64,000 nucleotides of DNA from positions 248,001 to 312,000 of IMG/VR virus record IMGVR_UViG_3300044797_000098. One strand, written 5' to 3'. The position numbers and the translations under genes are program-made. The notes below the pieces were generated by a model. The model had not been told where the DNA came from. It was given only the letters and a program-made list of their open reading frames with translations, and ran no database searches. Shown piece after piece: positions 18,710 to 28,367 of the stretch; position 1 is the stretch's first letter; each line of letters begins with the position of its first letter.

Positions 18710-19257
18710 TTAAATAAAATTAGCCTCTCGAACTCATCTGTGTTATATGAGTTATTATTTATTTTCATATTCTCTTTAATTATTATATTCAATAAATAGT
18801 TTCTAATTCGTTTTAGAAAAACTTTTCGTTTCGGGCAAGCGTCTGGTATCATATTAGAATAATTTAATACTGTAATTTCTTTTACTCTTCGTGGATATGT
18901 ATTATTTGGATTTGGAAGAAAAAGAAACGCTATTGTTGCAACGGTGTTATTATACGGATACGAATGTATCCTGATACCATCTTCCATATCTTTTTTACCA
19001 ACGGAAAAACGAACATTGACTTTTGTCATCGATCCATATGTTCCGTAGCCATACCCCCACCCCCAAGCAACACGCATACAAGACATCTTATCCCATAAGT
19101 TGTCAATACATACCGTATTGTTTTTCTCTAAATGGGCATCTGGATATTTTGTTGCTAATTTTATTAGCGCGATTTTTCTTTCTTCAAGTAAGACTAATTC
19201 CGTTTTTGATGCCGTGATTTGTTTGTCGAGTTCGTTGATGATATAGTTTAGTTGCAT
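18706..19257 (-). CDS. hypothetical protein, tag variant (ERLILFK*)
   Basis: 183-aa coupled ORF. Confidence 0.65.
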   Translation of the reverse strand: MQLNYIINELDKQITASKTELVLLEERKIALIKLATKYPDAHLEKNNTVCIDNLWDKMSCMRVAWGWGYGYGTYGSMTKVNVRFSVGKKDMEDGIRIHSYPYNNTVATIAFLFLPNPNNTYPRRVKEITVLNYSNMIPDACPKRKVFLKRIRNYLLNIIIKENMKINNNSYNTDEFERLILFK

Positions 19258-19275
19258 ACATGAGACTATATCACC

Positions 19276-19563
19276 TTATTCTTCATTGGCAATTTTTAAT
19301 AGTATGTCTGCATGACAAGCAAGTGGAAAACACCAGCAAGAAAGATCACGATTTTTCAATTCTTTCTTCACAGCAGCCATTAATTCTGGCTGGCTTCTAA
19401 TCCATTCTTCATATTTTACAATAGCCTCTTCTCGCGTTTCTACTTTGTATTTAGCGAGCGTTCCATCCATATGGCTATATGGATTACCGTATTTTGTGGG
19501 GCGAGCCACATATACTGCATTAACATCATACGGAACTTTTTTACAATGATATACTCTCGGCAT
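19276..19563 (-). CDS. DUF4326 family protein
   Basis: VYVARPTKYGNPY...DLSCWCFPLACHADIL. Confidence 0.88.
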   Translation of the reverse strand: MPRVYHCKKVPYDVNAVYVARPTKYGNPYSHMDGTLAKYKVETREEAIVKYEEWIRSQPELMAAVKKELKNRDLSCWCFPLACHADILLKIANEE

Positions 19564-19811
19564 TATATTAACATCACGTATTTTTCTATTTTGTTTTTGC
19601 CATAAATGCGTTTGCCGTCAAGTTGAAAGATACGTTTTCCATTGATCCAGTATTCAGTATCGGTGCCATTTTTATATTCGACGGCCGGTCCGTCCGGATT
19701 ATGTAATTCACCATATTTATTATACCATACTTTAATAGGTTTATACCAATTATTTATATCTTTAATATAAAAAGGTTTTCCTAATAATCGATTTAACCAA
19801 TTAATCATCAT
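19563..19811 (-). CDS. HxxDGPAVEY-repeat protein, C-terminal tag (EKYVMLI*)
   Basis: LHNPDGPAVEYKNG...EYWING. Confidence 0.75.
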   Translation of the reverse strand: MMINWLNRLLGKPFYIKDINNWYKPIKVWYNKYGELHNPDGPAVEYKNGTDTEYWINGKRIFQLDGKRIYGKNKIEKYVMLI

Positions 19812-20572
19812 ATTAACATCGCATATTTTTCTGCTTCGGGATATTTTTCCACGAAGGTTTTAATTTCATTATTCAATACATATGGTGCTGATATTTTCTT
19901 TATCACGGATAGCGCTTTACCAAGATTTGGGTTTCCATACGTATCCAGTATTCTATATACCGACCAATTTCCGCTGGTAAAACTGGCATTTTGCGAATAT
20001 ATAGGATTTATATGTCTTTCAATGATTGTTTCATACATAATGTCTTCTAAAAACTCTGATAGTTTTGGTCGCTCTAATCGGAAAAATAATGGAAGCGGGT
20101 AAAATATATGGTGTGTTTTCACCTTAATAAATTCAATTAACATATCTTCTTCATTGTCATCCATATTATATTTTAGAAAATCTATAAAATCCAATGCGTT
20201 TTCATTTATTATGTAAGTAAAATACCCATCAATTAGGAACGGATATTTACCCGTTATTGCTTGTTGAAAAATAACATATTTGTTTTCGATGGAAAGATTT
20301 TTATGCTGTAATAATTTATGTATGTATGATATTTTATCAGCGTATTTTGGATATTTATCTATATCTAAAAATATGTTTGCAATTTCATTTTTTGTTATGG
20401 CTTTTATTTCTAAATCAGTGATGGACTGCTTTAACATATTTATTTCTGCTTGCAATAATTGATTGTTCGTCATTAATTCTTTTAAATAATTGCATTTTAT
20501 TTGTCCATTACCTCCCGTATAGACATAAGTTGTGCAATTCCATCCGCTGCATATCGAACATTGTTCTGACAT
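19808..20572 (-). CDS. hypothetical protein, C-terminal tag (EKYAMLI*)
   Basis: N-terminal CxxCxxxxC; tag. Confidence 0.7.
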   Translation of the reverse strand: MSEQCSICSGWNCTTYVYTGGNGQIKCNYLKELMTNNQLLQAEINMLKQSITDLEIKAITKNEIANIFLDIDKYPKYADKISYIHKLLQHKNLSIENKYVIFQQAITGKYPFLIDGYFTYIINENALDFIDFLKYNMDDNEEDMLIEFIKVKTHHIFYPLPLFFRLERPKLSEFLEDIMYETIIERHINPIYSQNASFTSGNWSVYRILDTYGNPNLGKALSVIKKISAPYVLNNEIKTFVEKYPEAEKYAMLI

Positions 20573-20578
20573 ATATTA

Positions 20579-21064
20579 TTACTTTCCAATTACATAATTA
20601 GGAACCATGCCACTTGTAATGTATTTTTGCTGCTGTTTTGTTGGAACGGAAGAAAATCCTGTTATGGTTTTTCTACAACGAAACTGTCCTGCACCACATT
20701 TGCATTGCATTGACCATGTGCTTGCGTCCTCGGTTGATGTTGTGCTATAATCGAATGTCAATTCATCTCCTATTTTTATAGGTTGAACGGAAACGAGGAA
20801 GGCTCGATTGACAATAATTTTGACGCATGAATTGGGAACGCAGCCATGATTTATATAAAATTGTGCCGTTCCGCCAAGATCGAGATACTGCGTTGGCCCG
20901 ATTTGTAAATAATTGCTTGCAATCGTTCCGCTAAAATCGGGAATGTTTTGTCTTAAAAGCACTTTTCCAACGAACTCAAAAATTGTATGGTTTGCTGGAA
21001 GATTTACTGTGCTAAAAACTCCGTTGCCTTTTAATGGAGTATTTTTTATTACATAGTTATCCAT
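20579..21064 (-). CDS. SET-domain protein-lysine methyltransferase with post-SET Cys
   Basis: GNGVF, YINHGCVPN, ELTFDY, CKCG...CR. Confidence 0.92.
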   Translation of the reverse strand: MDNYVIKNTPLKGNGVFSTVNLPANHTIFEFVGKVLLRQNIPDFSGTIASNYLQIGPTQYLDLGGTAQFYINHGCVPNSCVKIIVNRAFLVSVQPIKIGDELTFDYSTTSTEDASTWSMQCKCGAGQFRCRKTITGFSSVPTKQQQKYITSGMVPNYVIGK

Positions 21065-21077
21065 CTATATAATACTA

Positions 21078-21557
21078 CTATATTGACGCCACAAAATTTT
21101 TCATTCTCGACAATCGTTTATTTAAATCCTCGTCCAATATCCAAGTCTCTGGTAATGTTTTAGTGCCTTTTGCCACTTCTTCGTATTCCTTTTTCAAGAT
21201 TTCAACGACAATGAATGAAAACCCTTGTCGTTTTAGGTTGATCTCTAATCGACGAGATAGCCATTCCACATCACCAAAACTGCGACGATCTGCAATCGTT
21301 AGCAATATAATGTTTCGTCCTTGTTTGTAAAAAATCATGTCTTCGGTGCGAGGATTATAGTTTAAAATAGCAAGACTATGTTTGACAAGATTTTTATTAA
21401 AATTGTCTTTGTCATACGACAATCCCTCAATTTCTCCTAAAAATTGAGTAATGTCTTTTTCATTTCCCCAATGATCATTGCTTGCATCAATGTTTTGGAT
21501 TGTGATGTCGTATGATGATTTTTCAATTTTTGAGTTGAGGTGTTTAAAAATTGCCAT
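21078..21557 (-). CDS. hypothetical protein
   Basis: Start moved to MAIFKH, which has an AGGAGA SD. Confidence 0.65.
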   Translation of the reverse strand: MAIFKHLNSKIEKSSYDITIQNIDASNDHWGNEKDITQFLGEIEGLSYDKDNFNKNLVKHSLAILNYNPRTEDMIFYKQGRNIILLTIADRRSFGDVEWLSRRLEINLKRQGFSFIVVEILKKEYEEVAKGTKTLPETWILDEDLNKRLSRMKNFVASI

Positions 21558-21586
21558 TGTAGTTTCTCCTGTTAAAGATTGTCTTT

Positions 21587-21745
21587 TCAGCCATGATGAA
21601 CACAACATTTTGCACGATTGGTTTCACAACAACACGCGTTATCGCAAAAATCACATATAAATCCTTCGTTTTCTCCTGTTTGCCAGCCACTTCCATCACA
21701 ATGTTTGCAGGGCTGTTTTTTATCTGTTTTCGTTTTCTTACTCAT
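21587..21745 (-). CDS. 52-aa Cys-rich miniprotein (9 Cys; not in ORF track)
   Basis: MSKKTKTDKKQPCKHCDGSGWQTGENEGFICDFCDNACCCETNRAKCCVHHG; overlaps the stop of the upstream gene. Confidence 0.65.
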   Translation of the reverse strand: MSKKTKTDKKQPCKHCDGSGWQTGENEGFICDFCDNACCCETNRAKCCVHHG

Positions 21746-22040
21746 TTTCTTTTATATTATCATAAATCGGATTAATTGTTAGCCAGCCTTGTTGCATCCA
21801 AAATCGAAAGATTTGCTCTAATTTTCCAGCCATAAATGCTTGTGTGGTTTTGGTGTTCTTTTCATTGACGAACTCTTGCAATGAATTATATAGTTCTTGC
21901 TCTAACTCTTCTATTGTTCGTGTATGAAAAATCCATAATAACGGTGGCGGATCATACCAAAATTCAATGCTTGTTCCGTAATTTTTTTCTACTAAATGAA
22001 CTTTTATATAATCATTAGAATAATATGGTGAATTTGTCAA
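21738..22040 (-). CDS. hypothetical protein
   Basis: Coupled ORF. Confidence 0.55.
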   Translation of the reverse strand: MTNSPYYSNDYIKVHLVEKNYGTSIEFWYDPPPLLWIFHTRTIEELEQELYNSLQEFVNEKNTKTTQAFMAGKLEQIFRFWMQQGWLTINPIYDNIKENE

Positions 22041-22804
22041 GTTGTTCCTCCATTCAATATGTCTTTCAAAAACTCTGGTGCCTTGGCAAAAACGGGCAAC
22101 TCCGTGTCAATGTAAATCTTTTTCCGCGGTTTGTCAAGTCCGTCCGTGTCCTGCATTCTCCTATACACACCTACACCGCGACGGATTGTCAATGGTAATT
22201 CATTAAAATCTATACCAAAATCTTCCATCAAAATCTCGATCTTATCATCAATAGTTTTTTTGGCCAATGTTTCCTTTACTATCTCTACATCATATTGTTT
22301 CACTAAATTATAGAAACAACATTGATATAATCCTATATGAAAACATTGTTGTTGTTTTGCTATCAATGTATTTATTGCTTCTCCAATGTGAGGAACAACA
22401 AAACATTTACTTGTAAATATCGGATCTCCGAATAATTCTATATTCTTGGCTCCTGCCATTTTATTAAATTCAATGCTTGCTATTGATGCTGTTGCTGAAA
22501 CTATTTTCTGCACTCGGTTATCATAATATGGTTGTGTATCATTGGTTTGATCATTCCGACTAACAATTACAATTTCATCATTGAAGGAATATGAAAATAC
22601 GCTCCCATCAATCTCTTGCATTAGTTTTATTGCTGTTGCAGTAAATATCTCAAAAAAATTAATATCGAATGGTTTATTTAGTAATGAAGTAAGTTTCTTA
22701 AATTGCCTTCCATTCACAATCGTTATGACCGGAAGTTTTTTCAATAATTTTATGTCGGATTGATCCTCATAGGATTTGATCCTTTCACGCAATGTTGTAA
22801 GCAT
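22037..22804 (-). CDS. tRNA(His) guanylyltransferase Thg1/TLP homologue (degenerate)
   Basis: RIKSYE, IVNGRQF (canonical RLDGxxF), SFNDEI, NRVQKIVS..ASIAS. Confidence 0.82.
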   Translation of the reverse strand: MLTTLRERIKSYEDQSDIKLLKKLPVITIVNGRQFKKLTSLLNKPFDINFFEIFTATAIKLMQEIDGSVFSYSFNDEIVIVSRNDQTNDTQPYYDNRVQKIVSATASIASIEFNKMAGAKNIELFGDPIFTSKCFVVPHIGEAINTLIAKQQQCFHIGLYQCCFYNLVKQYDVEIVKETLAKKTIDDKIEILMEDFGIDFNELPLTIRRGVGVYRRMQDTDGLDKPRKKIYIDTELPVFAKAPEFLKDILNGGTT

Positions 22805-22824
22805 ATTAACAATATATCAATGAT

Positions 22825-23967
22825 TTATTTTGTTGTGCCAAGTTTTGCCAACATACTTTCACCCATTGCTATTAATTGACTTGCTGTGTTTGACATCATT
22901 GGTTCTGGGAAAGAATACTGTCTAACCATACTGATCATAGTTGTGGCAATTTGTTTTAATCCATCCAATGAATAAAACTTTGTTGTTTTTGTTGTCAAAA
23001 CCCCGAATAACCACTTGGCAAGATTGAATAAGTTTTTTACGCTATTGACATATTGACTTCCTGATATGCTTGGATCTAACCAAGTCATTGCAAAACTAAC
23101 CTGATTTTGAGTTAGCATCTGTAAATAACCATTCACCGCATTAATAATTCTGCTCATATCGAGAATTAAATCTGGTCTTTGAGAAAATAGATCGGGACGA
23201 AAACCCGGAATTGCCTGAATGTCTATTTTTACTGCTGCCGGTGTTGTTGTCGTTGTTGGCGTTGTGGTGGAAGTTGTTGTTGTGGTTGGTGCTGATGTTG
23301 CCGATGTTCCGGGGGCGCTCGCTGGTGCTCCTGCGGATGGATTTGCTTGTGCCAATCTACGAAGAATATGTTTTCGTTGTTGTTGGCTTGTTTTATTTGC
23401 TGTTCCAAGTTTTGTAATAATTGTTTGCACTTGTGAGACTAATTCTGTTTGAGCGTTTGTGGCATTATTTTCGGAAAACGCATATGATTTGACCATAGAT
23501 AGCAAGGTTTGTGTCATCTGTTGAAGGACGCCTACTGTATATTCTGGCCCGTGTGATGTTATTAGATTATATATCCATTTTCCAAGCGTTAATAGGTTCT
23601 TTACGCTTTGTGTGTATTGATCGCCTGTGATGGCAGGGTTTGTATATACCGTTGAGAAACTAACAACATTGCCTGACAACAATAAAAGATATCTATTGAT
23701 TGTATTTGCGAGTTTCCCGAAGTCATCAATTAGATCTGGTCGAAGTTGGAATAGTTGGGGTCTGAATGACGGAAGAGCACGGATATTGACGGATGCTTGC
23801 GAAGAATTGAGCGTTGGTGCCGGTGTGGTTGTTGGAGCGTCTGTATTGTTATCTGTTGTTGTCGTTGTTGATGCCACTGGAACGGTTCCGGGGGCACTGG
23901 CTGGCGCACCTGCTGACGGATTTGCTTGGGCAAGTTTTAATATGCGGATGCGCTGACGATGGTTCAT
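22825..23967 (-). CDS. hypothetical protein made of two tandem homologous domains
   Basis: Each half begins (K/R)LAQANPSAGAPASAPGT, then a Thr-rich linker and P(S/G)FRPxLFxxRPDLI. Confidence 0.8.
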   Translation of the reverse strand: MNHRQRIRILKLAQANPSAGAPASAPGTVPVASTTTTTDNNTDAPTTTPAPTLNSSQASVNIRALPSFRPQLFQLRPDLIDDFGKLANTINRYLLLLSGNVVSFSTVYTNPAITGDQYTQSVKNLLTLGKWIYNLITSHGPEYTVGVLQQMTQTLLSMVKSYAFSENNATNAQTELVSQVQTIITKLGTANKTSQQQRKHILRRLAQANPSAGAPASAPGTSATSAPTTTTTSTTTPTTTTTPAAVKIDIQAIPGFRPDLFSQRPDLILDMSRIINAVNGYLQMLTQNQVSFAMTWLDPSISGSQYVNSVKNLFNLAKWLFGVLTTKTTKFYSLDGLKQIATTMISMVRQYSFPEPMMSNTASQLIAMGESMLAKLGTTK

Positions 23968-23983
23968 ATAGTAATATGTGGAA

Positions 23984-25093
23984 TTATGGGATGAGGTAAT
24001 CGTCTAATGTTTTTAATATATGTTTTTGTTCATCCTTTGTTAGTTCGGGATACGATGGTAAAATAAAACATTCTTTATTTAGAATATCAGCATTCGTGCA
24101 ATCATTCCAATGCACTTTACTATTGTTATTTAGATATTTATGTTCATCAATAGCATAAAACATTGGTCGTATTTCTATATTATTTTTCTTGAAAAATGCT
24201 TCTGCTTCTTTATATCCCTTATGATTTGGAGCACGGATACCGAACATCCAATTGGAATGCGTTGTGTTTTCTTCAATTTTCTGCATAAATATATCTTCAC
24301 GATCTTTTAATGCTGTTCGATATGTTGTAAAAACTTCATTCTTCATATCTAAAATCGTTGGAAGGATTTCGATCTGACCGAGTAAAATCGCTGCTTGGAT
24401 ATTGGTAATTCTATAATTATATCCTAACTCGTTATGAATGAACCTTTGGTCTGACTGCCCTTGACCTTGAACGCATTTTATATAATTGAATATAGCCTCG
24501 TCATTGGTTAGAAAGGCGCCACCCTCGCCACTTGTAATCGATTTGTTGCCAAAGAAAGATATGGCTGAACAAAAACTTTCTGTTCCCGCTTGTTTCCCTT
24601 CATATGAACCGAATAACGCTTCGCAAGCATCCTCCACAAAAATTGTATTAGGATATTTTAGTTTTAATGCGGGAACATTAATTATATTTCCTATATTATG
24701 CACAATCAATACGGCAGCATATGGATTATCTTTTATTGCAATATCTAATTTATTTAAATCGAAGTTCCAAGTATCTAAATCTGCATCTATTGCTTTTATA
24801 GTCCAATTATTATCGAATAGAAAACCATTCCACGCTGCGACATACACATTATTTGGAACAATGATTTCATTTATTTTGTGCTTACGAATAACTGCTTTTG
24901 CCATTAAATGGCAAGCCGAAGTTCCATTATTGAGTAATTGGACATATTTAACTCCAAGTAATTCTTGTAGTTTTTCGGTCGTCTTATTAATATATTCTCC
25001 TTGCGATGATATCCAAGTGCTATCTAATGCCTTATGAGCATAATCCAATGATCCCTTTGGGAGATATGGCTTGTATATTGGAATATAATTCAT
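23984..25093 (-). CDS. DegT/DnrJ/EryC1/StrS PLP-dependent sugar aminotransferase (perosamine synthase-like)
   Basis: NNGTSACHL, VEDACEA, SFFGNKSITSGEGG, GYNYRITNIQAA. Confidence 0.95.
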   Translation of the reverse strand: MNYIPIYKPYLPKGSLDYAHKALDSTWISSQGEYINKTTEKLQELLGVKYVQLLNNGTSACHLMAKAVIRKHKINEIIVPNNVYVAAWNGFLFDNNWTIKAIDADLDTWNFDLNKLDIAIKDNPYAAVLIVHNIGNIINVPALKLKYPNTIFVEDACEALFGSYEGKQAGTESFCSAISFFGNKSITSGEGGAFLTNDEAIFNYIKCVQGQGQSDQRFIHNELGYNYRITNIQAAILLGQIEILPTILDMKNEVFTTYRTALKDREDIFMQKIEENTTHSNWMFGIRAPNHKGYKEAEAFFKKNNIEIRPMFYAIDEHKYLNNNSKVHWNDCTNADILNKECFILPSYPELTKDEQKHILKTLDDYLIP

Positions 25094-25107
25094 ACTTAAA
25101 TGCTATA

Positions 25108-26010
25108 TCATTCCTTGGCTCGTTCTAAAAATAATATAACCTCTTGTGCTAACTTTATAGGATTGTCCCATACCTGAAACATTAGTTCTCTAAATGGAAT
25201 ATGTTGGTTTCGATGTAGATCTGCCCCAAAATCTCTATGATAGTGATCTATACAAAATGTTGGTCTTTGACACAAAAATGATAGATATTGTAATCCACTT
25301 TCTTGTGTTATTACTAATTGCGTATTGGTCATTAACTCAACATCACTATCAACATCCACATAATCATACGATTTATATTTTACATTATCTAACTTAAATG
25401 TTGAATTGCTTGCTCCACATACACCTGTTGTTATACTATATTCTAATAACTTATCCACAACGAGTTGCCAGTTTTCTTGTTTCCAATTTCTATTTGGATC
25501 CATTTTTCTATTTCGCGGTGTGATTACAACATCGGTTTTTAGTCCAAAATTATGTTGTGCCTGTGGAATAAATATATTATTTGCTAATGTTTTCTTTTCA
25601 TCCCACGAAGTTTCTGATGGAGAGCAAAAATGAATATCGTCCGTATTTAATTGTTTTTTAATTTTTTCTTTAATAATTTCTTCATGATCAAACTTTTCGT
25701 ATATACCTGCTTTCATATGATCTGGAATATCTTGCCAATCGTAGAAAAATTGTGTCGCGGAAGGGTATAGGCATTCGTGTCCTCGTTTTGTGCAAACGAT
25801 TTTGTTGGCGTGGTTATAGCCTTGTATACGCTTCACGAATGTTGTGATCATCCATCCGAATTCTCCAATGAATGGAAGAAAACATACATATTTAGTTTTT
25901 GGCTGGTATTCATTTAATCCCAATACCTTGCTTAATCTTTCGAGTTCAGCGTCCATACTGTTATATATATTTATAGATATTTTCTTACTGAATTTAAAAA
26001 ATGTCCCCAA
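25108..26010 (-). CDS. putative GT-B (GT9-like) glycosyltransferase
   Basis: Cluster context; RNWKQENWQLVVDKL; ESGLQYLS. Confidence 0.5.
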   Translation of the reverse strand: MGTFFKFSKKISINIYNSMDAELERLSKVLGLNEYQPKTKYVCFLPFIGEFGWMITTFVKRIQGYNHANKIVCTKRGHECLYPSATQFFYDWQDIPDHMKAGIYEKFDHEEIIKEKIKKQLNTDDIHFCSPSETSWDEKKTLANNIFIPQAQHNFGLKTDVVITPRNRKMDPNRNWKQENWQLVVDKLLEYSITTGVCGASNSTFKLDNVKYKSYDYVDVDSDVELMTNTQLVITQESGLQYLSFLCQRPTFCIDHYHRDFGADLHRNQHIPFRELMFQVWDNPIKLAQEVILFLERAKE

Positions 26011-26777
26011 TTTTTAGTTATTATACAATCGGGATATTCTCTTTTAAATACCGTATTTGCAATAGGATCATTATCCACTCTATATCCAACAACATTACCC
26101 ACTGCCGTTGCCATACTCAAACCACCACCGACGCCCATAGTTATTATCAATTTAGCCCCGCTCATAATTAAACAATCTTGTTGTAATTGTATTAAATTGG
26201 GGCTTGTTATTCCTAATGCTGGAAGCGTTAAGTCTAAAACATTATTAGATATATTATTTATATAATCTTGATAGATATTATTTATATCTAAATCTTTATA
26301 TCCTATATTCATTTCTGTTATTTTTTCACCTAATATAACAATTTTATACTTATTTGATAGATCATTAATTAACTTTGTTAATTCTGGTATCCTTGCATTA
26401 ATTTCGCCTCGTGGCATATATCTTACTTTTGTTATTAATACAACATATTCCTGATCTAATATTAACGGATTACCTTTACATAATAAATGATTTAATTTTG
26501 GTTTTACTGGCTGTAAATTATTTTTTTGACATAAATCCACTATTCCCTCAAAATCAAAACTTTCTTGGTCTATCATATATGGAGGTTCGGAAAAAAATAA
26601 TTTACCTATATCATCTAAAAATAAATTATATTTTTCATCTAAATTATAAAATTGTATAATTTCTCTATGAAACTTTAATGATATTTTGCTATAATTATCT
26701 TTGACTGCGTCGAGCATTGCCTTTATATAAATAGCATCACCAACGCCTATTGGAATAGTGGCACCTATCGTTTTCAT
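25971..26777 (-). CDS. putative glycosyltransferase (GT9-like)
   Basis: GVGDAIY start; IVILGE; cluster context. Confidence 0.45.
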   Translation of the reverse strand: MKTIGATIPIGVGDAIYIKAMLDAVKDNYSKISLKFHREIIQFYNLDEKYNLFLDDIGKLFFSEPPYMIDQESFDFEGIVDLCQKNNLQPVKPKLNHLLCKGNPLILDQEYVVLITKVRYMPRGEINARIPELTKLINDLSNKYKIVILGEKITEMNIGYKDLDINNIYQDYINNISNNVLDLTLPALGITSPNLIQLQQDCLIMSGAKLIITMGVGGGLSMATAVGNVVGYRVDNDPIANTVFKREYPDCIITKNWGHFLNSVRKYL

Positions 26778-27083
26778 TTAATATGTTTTATGTTGATCTT
26801 GAATAAATGTTCCGTTATTAAGATCTTCGCCTTTAACGCTTGCAGCCACAATTTCTGCAATTTTTTTATCTACTTCCAAAATCATTGCTTGTCGCTGAAC
26901 ATTAAGATCCATAGATTTTTTAAAAGCATTATATAATTTTTCCATGCCTTCTTCGTTGCCATAGGCGGTTTTAAACTCTTCCAAACTCATTTTACGAACA
27001 ATATATAGATCTTCTTGTGCCATAAACATTTTTTGATTTACCGTTGCCAATTTATCTATGAGCGACCCAATTGTGTCTGCCAT
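26778..27083 (-). CDS. DUF4254-like helical protein
   Basis: TIGSLIDKLATVNQKMF...LNVQRQAMILEVD. Confidence 0.6.
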   Translation of the reverse strand: MADTIGSLIDKLATVNQKMFMAQEDLYIVRKMSLEEFKTAYGNEEGMEKLYNAFKKSMDLNVQRQAMILEVDKKIAEIVAASVKGEDLNNGTFIQDQHKTY

Positions 27084-27703
27084 TATTTCTTCTCCATTTT
27101 TTTAGCAGGAATACCAACATATACTCCGCTCTCTATTATGTCTTTTGATACGCAGGCGCTCGCTCCAATTACAACATCACTACATATAGATATTCCTTCT
27201 ACTGTTGTTGCATTGCTACCAAAATAAACACTATCACCTGCATTTATGTTGCCATTAATATGAACGCCGGGCGCCGTTGTAAAATACAAACCTGTTTTTA
27301 CATCGTGTCCAATTGTTGTTGCTAAATTTAATTGTGAATAATCTCCTAATTTAATATCGCAAGTTAAAATGCAATTTGCACATATTACCGATCCATATCC
27401 AACATCAATCGTTGTTTCGGACATTATATTTGCATATGGTGAAACTAATGTATCAAACACCTCTCCACCGTGTTTTGATGTAATTTGAGTTATTATTTTG
27501 GCTCTTAATTGTGGGTTACCAACGGCGACCACCGCTCTATGTTTTTCTTTATCAAAATAATTTTCATTTTCAATTTTTATACCACAACAATTTCCGCCAG
27601 CATTTAAATCAATAAATGCATCAATTTCTCTACCACATTGTTTTGCTAACCAAAATACTTCTTTGGCAAAACCACCCGAACCGAATATACATAATTTTTT
27701 CAT
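27083..27703 (-). CDS. NeuD/PglD-family sugar acetyltransferase (hexapeptide repeat)
   Basis: IFGSGGFAKEV, AVGNP, HD motif, hexapeptide repeats, YVGIPAK. Confidence 0.92.
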   Translation of the reverse strand: MKKLCIFGSGGFAKEVFWLAKQCGREIDAFIDLNAGGNCCGIKIENENYFDKEKHRAVVAVGNPQLRAKIITQITSKHGGEVFDTLVSPYANIMSETTIDVGYGSVICANCILTCDIKLGDYSQLNLATTIGHDVKTGLYFTTAPGVHINGNINAGDSVYFGSNATTVEGISICSDVVIGASACVSKDIIESGVYVGIPAKKMEKK

Positions 27704-27706
27704 TTT

Positions 27707-28357
27707 TTACCTTGAATATGATGGAACCTGTGCTCCATTATCAATTTCTTTTATTGATGGCAGTATTCTCACATTACCATCTATATCATCACAATCGAAT
27801 GCTACAATCATTAATCGCAAACCTTTGGAATGCATCACTCCATCTGCTCTGTGTAAATCTCGTGCAGTATATTCTGCCATTTGATTTCTTTGTGCTTTTA
27901 CGATATCATATGGCTCTAATAATCTTTTATTGAGCGCATTATCCCATAGATCCCATTTTTCTTTTGTATCCTTTGCCTCTAAATTGTTTGGCAATTCCAT
28001 AGGTGTATCAATAAACTCTGTTAAACATCCTGCTCCCCAAGATATAACCATTAGATGAAAATCATCGTGGCTATTAGCATAAACCTTTTTATCCAATAAT
28101 CTTACATTATAGTCTGTATGCCAATGCCTTCCATCAATGCCTGCGTTTCCTGATCTAAAATCCTGTGGTCTAATTTGTAAAACATTTTTGCGACCATCAA
28201 ACGGAAACTGATCTAAAAGATTTATTAGAAACCGTGGTGCTCCCGAAGATTTAACTTGATCATAACTCATTGCAAAATAATGAGGACAATTATAGATATC
28301 TTCTTGGGACGGCGGATCGATGAACTTTGTAAATCGGTGTGTGGTATTATATAACAT
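27707..28357 (-). CDS. putative 2OG-Fe(II)/cupin-fold protein
   Basis: WHTD plus a distal LHRA resemble the HxD...H triad. Confidence 0.4.
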   Translation of the reverse strand: MLYNTTHRFTKFIDPPSQEDIYNCPHYFAMSYDQVKSSGAPRFLINLLDQFPFDGRKNVLQIRPQDFRSGNAGIDGRHWHTDYNVRLLDKKVYANSHDDFHLMVISWGAGCLTEFIDTPMELPNNLEAKDTKEKWDLWDNALNKRLLEPYDIVKAQRNQMAEYTARDLHRADGVMHSKGLRLMIVAFDCDDIDGNVRILPSIKEIDNGAQVPSYSR

Positions 28358-28367
28358 AATATCTCCC

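Noticed and set aside
11090-19811. Diversity-generating retroelement targets (GPAIEY-repeat proteins)
   Set aside because: No reverse transcriptase and no TR/VR pair with adenine-specific mismatches in the window.
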